Assembly: GCA_965644265.1 (NCBI GenBank)
Contig: OZ286470.1
Span: 10,416,001 to 10,480,000 of the forward strand
Length of the DNA stretch: 64,000 bases
Direction: 5' to 3'
Origin: Glycera tridactyla
Taxonomy: Eukaryota
Below the pieces are notes generated by a model, which was not told where the DNA came from, searched no databases, and saw only the letters and a list, made by a program, of their open reading frames with translations. Made by a program: the position numbers and the translations under genes. Positions 39,401 through 54,400 of this stretch are shown here, in pieces; the first letter of the stretch is position 1, and every line of letters starts with the position of its first letter.

Positions 39401-42400
39401 ACAACCTGAGACAGCTGTCATCCTAAATGCACACAACCTGAGGTAATTTTCGTTCTGAATGAAACTTGACCGGAGAAGTTCTGAATCATTCTGAATGAAC
39501 CAAACTGAGGTAGTTGTCATCCTAAATTCACCCAACCTGCGGCATTTGTCTTTACAAATGCACCCAGATCGAGGTATTTTTTTATATTCTGAATGAAACG
39601 AACCAGAGAAAGTTGTCATTCTAATTCTTTGTTCCAAATGCAACCGAACTGGTTGTTGTTCTAAATGCACCCAACCTGAGGTAGATGTCATTCCGAATGC
39701 ACCAAACCAGAGCTATTCTGCATTTCAAATGCACCCAACTTGAGATATTTTTTATTCTAAATGAAGTCAACCGAAGGAAGTTGTCGTTTGGAATGCACCT
39801 GAGCTAATCTATTTGTCGATCTGATTGCAATCACCCTGAGCTAATTGTCGTTCTTTATGCCACCAATCTGACGACCTACAAGAAACATCCTGAACAAGTT
39901 GTTGTCATTAATTCCACCAACCTCAGAGGGCTGACCTATTAAGTGAAGTCAAACTGAGTGAGGTAAAGTGAACTCGTCCTCTGAATTCATTTCAATTTTT
40001 GGTATACGCTGTGAACTTATCCAGGTAGTTCCCCGTTTATCATCGTGTGAAGCTGGGTAAATGCCATGGCAAACCTTCCATGCTATTCTAATAATACTAT
40101 GTAGAGCAAGTACGGAGCTCAACACCCAGTAGGAAATCAGAAATTGGGACATTTAATGCATAGAGGCACGCTTGAATTCGTAGCTGCACTTTAATCTGAG
40201 GGCACGATTTTGACAGATGTGGTAACCATGGCGACGGGTGTAATGATAATCTTGATACGAGGACATTTTAAACCATTTCAAATATTCTGCTTATTCGGGT
40301 TGGTTGTTCGACGTCTCCAATTGCGCCTTTGAAATATGCCTATCCGATTGACAAGGACATGATCATTCAAGATTCCTCATTCGGGCTTTTCGACGAAACA
40401 CAATATGGATTGCGTGCAATTACTGCCCCGATAATACACTATATAAAATGGGTTGGTGCGTGCATATCAAAGTCTATCTCATAATATGGCATCACATGGA
40501 GCAACATCTATATTTTTGAGATGTCGCACATTTCGAAGTTGGAGAAAGAATTGTATCTCTTCAGCACGTGGTGTGATTAGGAGCAAATCGCAGACCAACA
40601 GCTTGGCAGCGTCATTCAATTCATCGATTTCACGGGAGACGACCAGCGTTTGCGTGAGCTGATGTCAGTGTTCGGAGGAGTTTTATTGGGTGACATAGAA
40701 CCATTGTCGGCAAGGAATTAGGATGCGTCATCAATGAATGATGATGATCATCATCATTATCTTCGCCACAGACTCTCCTCTCTAGAAGTCTGATCATTCA
40801 TATCCAAAAGAAATAAATCTGGAAATTTTGATGATATTCCTACCATTATTACTATTATCTTTCCGATGTATCGATCATTGTTCTTGGTGTTATCATTATC
40901 CTTCTTACGATTATCGATATCAGATTAGCATACTCATCACTGTCATTATTACCTTCCATCATTACTACTATACTTGTTTCTATTACAATTATCGTCATTG
41001 TCATTATTACTAGTATTATTATTTGTCATTTGTTATCAATTCTAATAATTCCATGATTGTGATCATGTTATCATGACATCCCTCATCAACGTACTTAACT
41101 GGTATCGTCAACGTCTTCGTCGTCGTCATCGTCGTCGTCGTCACAGCTGTTGTCGCGGGCATGCATATCTATATTCTTTGTTTTATTCGGGAGCAATATT
41201 CGGAAGATCATCCTGAACTAGGTTTGAAATGTCTTCCGATATCAGAGAAACAGTCTCACTACAATTCAATCATAACCGCTCATATCACTGTTTGGTTATG
41301 TCGGACTCCACTAGTGATTCTCAGTATGTGGTCGAAATAGAATCTACCAGTTATATGCCATAGGTTGAGTCGGGGAAAGTGGTGGCGAACACCGGTGTGC
41401 TCTATCTTTAGTTTCTCTATGGTTTCATGGATATGATAGGGGATTACTTGTTTTATTCACTTACCTTTTCAATATGCATTATGCGAAATGCATCCTAATT
41501 TTCCAACTTGAGTCATCATGTATGACCTTATGACCTTATACCTTACCTGTACATGATTGCATTGCCTATATGGCTGACACGTTCGCGGGGTTTGATAAAC
41601 CCAAAGGGTGATATAACATGCGCTGAAATCCCTTCGCGTTTATCTCCACAAACCCGGCAGGCATTCACACTGTCGGGAAAGCTGGGGTATTCCATGCAGT
41701 GGGACTGGTACAAAGATCTAAACTCGTGAGACCTTCAGACCAATAACACCATGTGGAATGTCCCATCTTGCCATTATAATCAGGTATAGTCATCAAGCAC
41801 ATTATCTCATATTCATATACATCAAAACAATACACATAATGAACTTATACTGCTGGCAGTAGGGTAATAGAAGGTCGGGAGAAGGTAATATCCTAGTACA
41901 TCATTATGTTAACATAGTAGTATAAGAGCTTACCCCATTTTTGGTAAGGGCAAGGGAGGGAATCCTGTTCGAAAACCATCATAATATAGCAGAAATCCCC
42001 ACATCTCATGACACTGGGTAAATTCAAAGTCGTCATATATATGCATGATCAATTCATCCACATATTCCCGCCAAAGCATGGATTTTCTAAGATCCATATG
42101 AATTGGGAACTATTGTACATGCTACCTTTTCAATGATTACGTACATTATCCTTATGCAATGGATAATGGGGGTATACATGATACTTCTTGATTTGAGATG
42201 CACATTATCAACTCTCAGGGGAAATGTTGAAAACGTGTGTCAACAAAACTGATTGTGATTGAATCTACATCTGCGGTCCACAGAGATCTCTATTGTCATA
42301 AGGTTTTCCAGACATAAGGAACTTCCCTTATCCATCAAGGGATCCAACTTGAATTCCAATTTGCCTCATCCAGTGGATAGTGGTTGAGTGGTAAAATGGA

Positions 42401-45400
42401 AAATGTGTACATCTGAAACAACATAAGGACATCCATATGAGGACAGATTCGGTCCTCAGAATAGGTGTAATATGGAAGGTGAGATTTGTATAGTTGTGAT
42501 TATGCCAGGGTGAATATTAACTAGTGATGGCTTTTGTGAAGGCAATTTATGGAGAAGGTATCTCAAATACCAGCTTGTTGTTATGTATGTATCGTGCCTA
42601 TAAGCACACCAATACAAACATATACAGGAACACCACATCCTTTTACATCGCTTCACATTTTGAGAGATAAACTCTGGTGTGGAGGTCTTGAGTATAGATA
42701 GCATATTTGATCAATTGCAGAGGCACAGCTCTGAAGAGAAATCTGATCTGGATCGCTTCAGCTATAAATTTCAAGAGAATTTCAAGAAAATTTCAAGGGG
42801 GACTATCAATCACAACTCTTGTGATCAATGAGGCTCACCCGAAATCACAGAAGATACTGGAGGAGCGTATGGTCATGGGATTTTCATGGACTTCTTCCCA
42901 AAGATAATACTGTAGATGACTCTTCTACCATTAGATGATCGATGATGTGGATCACTTTTGACATTGATATGATATATTTTGGTGTCTTGGGATGATCCTA
43001 TGTGATTATTTTGACCAATAATATCATGTTTTGATCTGCAGTAGTGAGATACTCCCATGTACATTTCATCCGATGAGAATAGTGGGAATATCGTAATTCA
43101 ATCATGAACACCTGGGAAATGGGGAAAATGTGACCAACTGGATGGCCTACAATATCCATATGCTGATTCGCTTCAAATAACATGGCCTTTTTACATATAG
43201 ATGAACCAGTGGGAAACAAATATCATTCACATCTCAGAAATATATGTAAGCATTCAATAGCGTCATAAGTAGTATAATTCATCACAAGCTTTCACAGACA
43301 CATCTCTCAGTTCACACACTTAGCAAAAACGTGCGTCTGACTCCCATGCATTGATACAGTTCAGATACAAAAGAAAAATAAAATACATCAACCTCAAGCT
43401 CTCCAGAGAGGTAACAAATTAGTACATTTGGTAGAGTAAAACATTGAACGATGAATCCATACATCGGCACATATCAGTGTCATTTTCTTGTATTCATACT
43501 TGATGTGTTACTATCACTTTTATTTTCAATTACAGTACAATGAGATTGCAAAATCCTCTGTCGACATGGTATCCAGTAAACAGTAAGCATCTAATTCTCA
43601 CAAATATCTTCAATGGTAGTACCTGAAATGGTTATGTAATTCTTTCAGGAAAAATATGAAACTTCATATAAATCACCCAAATCATCAAATACAGTGAAAC
43701 CTCTATTAAACAACCACTGTATTCAACATCACTTGTCTTAAGCAGCCGGTTTCCGATTTCCCACTAGAGTATTTTTCACTGTAATTCACCTGTATTAAGC
43801 AACTACTTGAATTAAGCAACCACTTTTGGCTTCCCGAGGGTGGTTGGTGAATACAGGTTTGACTGTACAGAGTTGTGTGAATATTCACGTGATGAATTGT
43901 GAGAATTCTTCCCAGATACTGGTTCCTGATTACCAATACAACAGTACAAAGGCAACAATACGTCTTCGGTGCACAGACATGCTCAGCATGTGGGGCCCCT
44001 TTCACCATATTGCAGGTACTATACACATCACAGCACATGTCGGCAGATCCTATGATTTATTCACAGAATTTGCAAACATGGACAACAGATGTGTACACCT
44101 TTTGATTTTCAGTGATTACGGCCCCAGAAATACAGAAATCATGCATGAATCACATCATTTTGGAATTGGAAAGATGATAATTACTACGGCGGGCATACTT
44201 TCCCTGACAAATCTAGCTCTTCAATTGATACTGGATATTTCATATTATATTATCGTGCCTGCAATAAGTGTTACAGGATGATGAGCATTTGCACAGGTAT
44301 ATTCTGTGGTCTTGTACCATTTAGATCTCGATATTTGGTGGTACTATCGTAATTCATATAATTGTGCAAATATCTATATGATCATGCGCCATCATGTCCT
44401 CCCTACAGACTAATAAAAAGTATTTATCTGTTGTGTCATTCAGCCATGTAATATGGATTTTGCTCACATCTGAAAATCACAGGAATGCAATTTATGATAG
44501 CGATGATGATATCATGCAAATATGCATAGTCATCATGGCTGCAGCTATTTCATGCAAATTCGAAATATGGCTGTGGGCATTCACATAGGCTGAATAATCA
44601 TTACTATCAATCAAACACAGTGTGTATTTCCTTGTCCTATAGCACAAATCTGTGAAACCACATAAGTTACACACTATAAGAATGAAATCTTTATATCCTA
44701 ATAAGATGTAAGATATAATATAAGATATAATGTATTTTTTCTCACTATTCATTTTATTAGTACGATGCATCCATGTATCAACTATGGGTGGAGTGTGCAT
44801 GTGTATGATTGATCGGCTTGGACCTCAGCAATGGTCAGACATGAAATTCTCAAACTTGTCCATGAAAAACGCTGGCACATCGCTGGTCTGTATATGTAAT
44901 CGAGCCATTGAGTCACAGTGCTCACCTCAAAAGCCGCAATCTGCTCCGAAGGTCACACCCCAGGATGGTGGTAAGAAAGGACTGATTGTAACACTAAATA
45001 TAGGCGCACTCTGTAGCCAGGGCCTGGACATTTTCTTTGGCCAACCAGGTAGCTTTGCATGCATATACATTTGTTACCACACCAAGATAGCGTAAAGGCA
45101 CACTCCTTCCTGCAAGTGCAAGCTCATACTAAGCCAATGCGCCAGTTGACAGATTGGGTGCAGGGATACATCAGCGAATAGACATGCACATATGCATCAC
45201 ACATAGTTTCACACACTGTACCGGCACTTCAGCCACCAGAGACCAGGTATTGTGATTCCCTAGACAGATGTAGTCTAACATGCGTCAGACCGATGCTAAA
45301 TCCTTTGGCATACATCTAATGACTATCTAGNNNNNNNNNNNNNNNNNNNNNNNNNNNNNNNNNNNNNNNNNNNNNNNNNNNNNNNNNNNNNNNNNNNNNN

Positions 45401-48400
45401 NNNNNNNNNNNNNNNNNNNNNNNNNNNNNNNNNNNNNNNNNNNNNNNNNNNNNNNNNNNNNNNNNNNNNNNNNNNNNNNNNNNNNNNNNNNNNNNNNNNN
45501 NNNNNNNNNNNNNNNNNNNNNNNNNNNNNNNNNNNNNNNNNNNNNNNNNNNNNNNNNNNNNNNNNNNNNNNNNNNNNNNNNNNNNNNNNNNNNNNNNNNN
45601 NNNNNNNNNNNNNNNNNNNNNNNNNNNNNNNNNNNNNNNNNNNNNTGGTATTCAAAGAGAGCATTCGCATAACAGTGTGAGAGGGACAGAGATAGAAAGA
45701 GAAGTAGAAAACTTGAGAAAGAAAAGGGATGAAAATGGTGAGAAGTAATCCGACGTAGAATTGATCAAGAGGAGCAGAAATGAAACCAAATTCACTGAGA
45801 AAGAAAGAAAATGGAGCTACTGCCTTTTCAAAGAAGAATTGACGACCCATGCTTTCTCTAGATAGACTTCTAACGGTCTCAACAGACATCAAGGTACCTA
45901 TGATCTATGTAGTATCAGGCAAATCATGCAGAACCCATCACAGTCAATACTCGAACTGCCCTCCTATACGCAAGAGATGGTGTACGTAAAACATGTGTCA
46001 AAGACATATCTTCTGGTTGAGAGTAATTGTAAATGTACATTGGTTGACAGAACCCTCTGATAGTTTAAGAGTCTCAGGCAATTGAGGGACATTCCTCATC
46101 TAAGACATCCACATACACACATGCACACACGCAAAGACCCCCACACACTAACATAACACACATACATACACACCTACATAATTCATTCATTTAGACACTC
46201 TCGGACAAACATTTGCGCACGCAGACATGCACAGACGATAACATTCAACCAGTGAAATTACCCCCCTTACCGTTAGTGTCTTTCACGAGAAATCTTTTTT
46301 TAAATTGATTGCCTTAAATATACTCTCTGTGGAAAAGTTCAGATAAAGGGCGATGAGAAACTGGAATTTTCCAGCTCACAAAACATCCAAATTTCGACAT
46401 TATGGAAATACTCGAGCCTAACAAATTTATTGAGGAGTTAGGCTCACAAGTTATTATATAAGAGATGTCAAGCTGATCATTTTATCATGTTACCCATTTC
46501 AACTCACTCATCGGATCATTCATCTACATTGCAAATCTCCATCATTACTAGCCATTGTTTTTTTTTCTGTATTTGATCATCATTCTGAAGATGTACACGT
46601 TTATCATGCATGTAGATGTTATACAGATGTTGGAGCAGATAACACCAACAGTGTACTCCAAGAGTGAACCACCAGTGTGTTGTGGTGAACTGCACTTTTG
46701 TTCCAAGTGTGCTTACTTCCAGTGTGTTATTCTGCCACACTATCATGAAGACTCAAGGAAATTCATTCCGAAAATATCAAGGAATTTTAGAAGCTCATGA
46801 GTCTTCGTTCTTTCAGCCTGTGATACAACCCATGTGGTCACATACTCTTTTGCATGTAGTACAATATTCATCGGATAACTCCCATGGATGACGTCGATTC
46901 AATCATGCTCATTTCACTGTGAGTATATCCGTCATGAATGTTGCTGATTAAAGGCGAGATACTCCCACAGCATGAAGACGAAAGTGTGCAAGTCACTCTC
47001 AAAGTGCATCTTAAGTAACATATATATCTTATTTATACCAATCACAGCACTCGTTGAATAAGCACAATTGACTCACAAATACACTCTCACACATCTTATC
47101 ACACCACACTTGACTAAAACGTTGGTAGAGGGGAAATCCAGCTTATAGGACCCATATTGACGTGAGGAATGATTCGTTCATCATGATGTGCATACAATAC
47201 TTATACTTAAGACAAACTTGGTGGCAGTCAAAGCCCAGTCAAGTGCAAAGCTGTCCTAGGTCAGGTCAAGAAGTGAATAGTATTGGCATTGCCCATAAGA
47301 AGAGGATAGATTATGACTCTAATGTTTCAAGAGTAGAATCATTTCACTTTGGGCTAGTTTTATTGTAATTATATGAAGCCAATCATCTTCGGTGAAGTGT
47401 ATCACATCTTTTAGAATAGTCTGGAATTGATGTATATCTATAGCACTTCACATCATAGAATAATGTCAAACATAATGTAGGTCAGTGAACATATGAATTA
47501 TTTTCTGTGAACCCATCTTCATTTGATTTCCATTCAGTTTTAGTTAACAAGCAGTGGATGTGATTAAAGTGCATATTCATGGGGCATTTCCATTGCTGAA
47601 ATCCCTGCCTATTTCTCTATCAAATTAACCATGATATGCCCACCATACCTAATGGTCAACCATAAAATCTCACCTAGGTTTCGGTGATAGATCTTTTTTA
47701 TCATGTCTGTACGTGTCCGATTGTAATTCTGTCAATTTGTTATGTACACTCTTGCATGCAAGTGGTGTTCGAGTTTTGACTATGGCAGGTGGCGGATGTC
47801 ATGACCTGATGACGTCATACACGCTACGTACCTATGACTGTCAGCCAGCAAGAGGTCTGCTTATCATCACAGGTACATGTATATTTGCCGCCATCCTCCT
47901 TCTTGATCTTGTTGATGACAATGGTGAAATTTCCATCGTTGTTAACGAACTTGTACTTCTGGCCCTGGAATACCTCCATCTTGTTCTTGGACCAGCTGAG
48001 TCTGCAGTTTGACTTCGAGAAGGCACAGGACAGTTGGTAGCTGGCATCACCCTCATTACACTCTTTGTCTTCCAGTTCACGAATCCAATGATCCTGCGGC
48101 TGTAGGTAACATAGAAGACATTCTGAGTTATTATAGAGCCCTAACATTTAATTACATTCTACTGTCTTTGTGTACATAAATGAAAAGAACAATGATCAAC
48201 CAATATAAACGTTCTAGTTTGCATATATCTTTGTTCATGACTCTGAACTTATTTTCTGACATTACAGGATCATGGTCTCGGAGAAAATCAAACTTTTCAT
48301 TACCATCAATATAACCTGTTCTACCAAGAAGGGGATAATGCTTTGGGTTCACCCAATTTAGTCTCAAATTGGGTGAAAATATATCTTAGAGACTATGCTG

Positions 48401-51400
48401 TATAATTTTCTATCGGCTCATCACAATCTGCTTGTTCTTGTTGATAGATCGCAATCAACAATCTGATGTTTCCCTCTGCTCGGGTTTTAGATCTTTCTCG
48501 TTGAAATTCAATGTCGAATATATAATCATCTGCCAAATATTATATTTGGATATTGCAACCAAGGATCTGTATAGGGAATAGGACATTTTTACTAGAGGGT
48601 CTAGTGATGTGATCACATAGCATTCATATTTCCACAAAGAGATGAATGGTCAAAATATCGTTGGTGTCCAGTTGTGGTCCTGTCAAAAAGGAGCGGCTTC
48701 GTGATAAATGCCACACTGTTTGTCTTCAGATTTTCCAATTTTGTGAATTTCAAGAACGATTTGGATTTTCAACAGGGCTTTCATGTCCTGTTGTGAGTTG
48801 GGATGTTAGCAACACTCATGGATGCAGATGAGGTCTTCATTGGTATTGCTGGAGAGACACAATACATGGATATATTCTCTCAGCAAATATCTGAGAAATG
48901 TGCCTGCTCTCAATGGCTGGCATGGCTGAACAAAATCCCACCTCCACCTAAAATTCATAAGTTGCCTCACCGTGTGATGTTCATTGCTTTTTTCAAATGG
49001 TTTGTGTTCCAGTCTTTGTGCATGTCCAAATATTTAAACGAACTGCGCTGCTCATAACCCTTTGTGGAAAGATGGTGTGCATTACTTAATTTGGAGGTTG
49101 TGCAGTTTAGGGTATTCGGGTCCAATGGTCATAAGGACCATCATGCACAGCTTTTGACAAGGAGCAATCATATCAAGTGGCAGAGCTTCAGAACCTCGGC
49201 AGGTCGTATCATTTTGAAAATGATACGACTTTTCTTTCCAGAATGCCAATCAATCCTGATGCTCTGCATGATAGACAGGAATGAGTATCTCCCAATAAAT
49301 GGATTCACGATGCATCCTGCATGCTGATAATGTATATTGCACATATGACCACACTGGTCTCAACACTCTATCTATCAAGGAGAAGGTCCATCACAGAAGG
49401 TACCTGACTCGGACTCCGAAAGGTCTTTGAATATGGAAATATGAATTCCTGACCATAAAACATTGGAACATGACAATAATATTCTTTTCAATTTATCATT
49501 GCCTAATTTCTATTGCAAATAGTGAAGAAATAATGTTCCAATGCTTTGCTAATACATCTGGAGCAATGACGAGCCAGGTATCTTATGGTATCATTGCCAC
49601 CTCACGCAATCGTTTGGGCGCCGTGAGTTGTCACAGGACACTATGACATCAATTGACACAACTGCACACATTGCATGGTGCACGAAAATGGATGAATTCC
49701 ATTTGTCTCCTTTCCATGACCAAGAGATAAACAATCACGAATGGCTGATGTTGAGAGTCCATCCACGCTATGAGCTGATCCTGAATATTGAGCTTATCTG
49801 AGCTCACAGATATTTCGATATGTTTGCTATAGACAATCAGATCATTGCTGTTTCCTCTCTTACGTGGAATGATGTGACCAGAAAAGTCGAATCTACAGAA
49901 GTATTTATCCATTGGTATCAAAAAGAGACTCAAGACATCATACAATATCAGACATTGTTTGGATACGACACAATGAGTGACAGTATTGGGAGATTTATGG
50001 CAGGACAGTAGGAACAACATGGCTTCTGGTGTGTAGAGATACTTCCGGAAAGCACGTTAAATGACACCTATAGTTCTTGTCACAGACACATAAGTCGACT
50101 GTATGTCTTCCTGCTGTCCATTGGATAAATGCTTTGACCATTGCTGTCACATATTTATCAACACATTAATACACTGCCACATTAAATATGACACCCATCA
50201 TGTCTAATCACGAAGATGATACCAGATTTTTTTTTCAGAGCAGTTCAATATACCATAGAGTTGAGAATAAGCTCAACTGTCTGTGAATATAGAAATATCA
50301 AATTAGACATGAGGTGATGAAGCTGACCAACAACACCAGTAATGGTGACAAGATGTACATATACATGTTATGGACAATTACACCACATTTGGACATATAG
50401 ATAAGAAACTAGGATGACACACTTGGGACCAGACATGGTCATCGAAGTTTTATGGTTGTTTCTGACCAGTGAATGTCGATTTCTCAAAAATCAGGAAAGT
50501 AAGTCTGATTATGTTTGCATCATTGTTTATCCATGGTGGATTTCAAAGAGGGCATTGGGATTCCCAAGAACCTCTATGAGATGTCCTTTGCACTGATCAG
50601 AACCATATTCGACGAAACACTGCTCCTAATTCAGAAGACACACTGAAATAGCTGTCAGTTTCAGCAGCACCAAGATCTAAGTTAGACATGCAGAATAGAA
50701 GATGACACAGATGATAACCTACAAGTGAAAAGCATGGCATTAGTAAACAATGAATTGATGAGAGCAGAACAATCATCATGGACGAAATAGAATGATTTCT
50801 GTCATCAGTTCTTATCACCGGAATTGCTGGATGATGAAGAAAAGCAGCAGCAGCGCGGTAACAGAGATCAGACATGTATGAAGAAGCAGAAAGCGATGAA
50901 ATAGAGGTGAGTAGACACGGATGAACATAGGTGCTGAAATGGAGATGACGAACACACATCAATGGAAATCAGTATCTAAATTGTGTCACAATTGTTGCAT
51001 GATGACTACACATATATCGAGAAGGTAGGATATTCATGTATGTGTCTTTCAGTCTGATCTGTCGATCTAGGGAATTGTTTGGATAGTTGAAAACCAGCGA
51101 ATACACAGAGGATGAAACATCAAATCAACTCAATACACAAAAAGCCTGGTTTTGTACATGTGAAACATATTCGCATATATGATATGCAATTATGCTTCCA
51201 GTGCAATGAGTCACATTATGCAAACTATATATGTTGTTATTCTTTTTATACTCTATGGGGAAAAACGGCATGCTTATATCGTATAATGTAGCATCGAAAC
51301 ACAAATGTGGACATGCAGTTTGCACATATCGTACACAAACTCAATATCTTCACTTGACACTCAAATGTTTTATAATTCCATGGGACCAAATCTATCTAAT

Positions 51401-54400
51401 CACAAATCCAGCAATGGAAAAACAACTTTGGAAGTTCACACAACTTATGCAGTGCACAGGGTGGTGTATATATGTAGATATTGGACCTACAAGGTCACAA
51501 TGGATAACATCTATGAAAATATTTGGGAGAAAGGACCATTTTATACAGTAGTACTTACCAAATGAAAAATAGTGGAGGCTGACGCTAATAATCCAGTATA
51601 AGGTGATAATGATTAACTATCTTGGCCATCAATGCACCAGAAATCGAGTAAGCTGTCAACTTTGTATAGATTGGTTCCTTTTTGGGGAGGGCAATCCACG
51701 ACTGGATCAGTGCACTATGCTTAGACACATTCAGTCTCTGTGCAAATTATAATTGAATAATATGTATCTGAAGGCAACCAATTACTTTGGTTGTATATAA
51801 TCAAAAATGAATCTACATGAACTACGTATGACATTGTTGAATAAATGTAAAATATTATGTGATGCATCGCTATCAGTATAAGTGATGACGAAACCAACGT
51901 AGATTGCCTGTTAAATCATTCAAAATTAGGAACCATTTTCCAGCATTATCCTCTGATGCCTGAGGAAATTGCTTGAAATATTGAGCTGATCCATAGTTGA
52001 CAGATATTCGAGATTGGCCATTCATGGAAGACAGTTGGTAGGCTTGCATGAACACAAACAGATAAAAATCATGAGAGCAAGGTGTTATGTATACATTAGA
52101 GGGTGATAGGCGACAATGAGCTACCATGAGAATTTTCAACCGCACAAAGGTAAATCCTAGCACAACAATCTACACTTAATACTCTCTATATCATTCATTC
52201 ATTTATGTATGGTTGAAGGACAAGAGCCAACACTCTTCCTGATATTCTTATTATATTGAGATGTATATGCATGCCACTCGTGGCATTCTCTCTTAAATGA
52301 TAATGACATATAAAATGCATTATGAATAGGAAAAGGCATGCCACCTACGACCATTCAATCTAGCAGTAGCATTCGGAAATAATTTACGTTATCGAACTGT
52401 CATTTTGGTATTTCATCTTCTGATATATTTGATTCACTTCCAAAAGATCTTTTTTACAAAAGATATACACATAAGGTAATATTTCTGATCAAATTTGATT
52501 AGGCAATTCTCAGCAATGTAGCAGGAGCACAATTTTGTGGCAAACAATCAAAGATCTTATGAAGTTGAGATGTTCAATGACGCAGTAACTCTGATTGTGT
52601 CATCTTGATTTTGGCTCGCATAATCACATGCATGATTGGAAAGAACACCGGGATTATTTGCACATTTCTGTGCAAATAATGACTGAAAATATAGAATATT
52701 TGTCCAAGAAAATTGATAGAAACACTTGAACAGGACTGGAGAATTATCATTATGTATCATGCATGACTACTTCAGCTGACACTACTTTTGTGAAATGTTG
52801 ACTACTACAACTCAATTACCATTCGGACTTATTAATGAGTGAAATATATAAAAGCCAGGTTGACTTTGTGCTAAATGAACATCCACAGTATTCATTGCAA
52901 ATAATCACAATAATTGCCAGCAAGGATAGAAACCAAGCCAGAAGAGTCATGGTTGGTTTACCTCCTGTGACAATAATGGGTAAGGTCAACACTCCCTGAA
53001 ATGTGAAAAGAGACGTCAGTACGCGGTGAATTCAAAGTAAAATTGAATGCCAATCGTTAACCATTTTGAAATGGAATTCGAAGCAGAAACAGGGATTTGA
53101 GGCAGGAAGAAGCAGAATAAGACTCAAAGAATGGTCGAACAAGATGAACCAAAGACCAATCATCTAGTTGCATTGAATAGCCACGATTTATTGATGCCTG
53201 GTGGGATTCCAATGTCAGCATGCTATTTTTCAGTCACAGTATTTCGTGAAAATTCAATGTCAGTCATCAGTCAAATTCTAAATCATTTCCAACAGAATTT
53301 TTACAATAAAAGGTGTGCAGTATCTTATCCAATGTCAGCCGATATTATATACTTATATATCCTTATATGAATATATATGATGTAATTGATCATGCAATCT
53401 CTCAGACTTCAGATGCGAATAACACGTATCTGGTGGTTCACATGAATTTTGCATTGAAGGTACATGGAATATAACTATGTAGTATTTTTTGATAAAATTA
53501 TACCATTTCGATAATGTCACAAATGGCTGTCTTCTACGGACGGATATTTGCTACATAGGCCAAGTTTGTGTGTTTTCTCAACATTGATGAACCATTGAAC
53601 GAGTTACAAGATTGATCCATTAATGCTTTTGTTGTAATATATCAATTCATGATATGGCAGTCGGATTATGGTTGACAAGAAGCTTCAGAAAGCACGAAAA
53701 AGGCAGGAGGGAGTGATGAGAGACCTCTGATTCGAAATGAGAAGGCAAGGGTGATCTAAGGCACATCCAGTTTTGATTGAGTAGGGCTCAACCTTTTTAA
53801 CTCAAGATGGAATCAATGACATATATTGATCTATATCATATGGGTACATCGCATCAAAACGCCCAACAGCTAGTAGAGCTACAATATGAGGCATGAATGA
53901 ATGCAGTGCAAAAGAAGATGGAAGATTAGTGATCCAGCTTAAGCAGTGATTCCATTTGCATATCGGCATCATGGAATCACCTTCAGGGGGACCTCATCAT
54001 TATTGAGTCCCCTGCTTACTCTCACAGAAGCATGTTCTAATACCTTTGCCTTAGGCTTAGGTCGTTTCTTTAATGCTGGAAAGTCTGGAATTATATCAGC
54101 AAGAGATTTCCTGCGACCCTGAAAGGAACTACGTCTGGATATCCGCATCATCTCAAGTTCAGCTACATCAATACGCTTTAATTGCTGACGTACTACATCC
54201 CTCTCTTCCGCGATTTCTCCTTGAATATTGTCATCATCGCAGTTGACCTATTGGTGTGTAATATGATATCAGTAGACGAGACACAATGATGCTGCTACAA
54301 GGTATAGAACTAATTCTCACTAAAGCATTGTGAGATCTTCTGGGTGGTTTGCAAGGCATCAAGATTTGCAGCCCACACAATCAGCAATGTGAACATGATT

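Noticed and set aside
38625-39880. Repeat-spacer-like array and its ORFs (38665-38856, 39359-39691)
   Set aside because: The variable parts are degenerate copies of one unit, and the 32-bp period precludes a coding repeat.
40221-40235. RFX X-box-like GTAACCATGGCGAC
   Set aside because: A single imperfect match deep in an intron with no supporting promoter evidence.
41464-41493. 30-nt candidate exon with a strong donor in the 12.9-kb intron
   Set aside because: In-frame TGA in the required phase and a weak acceptor.
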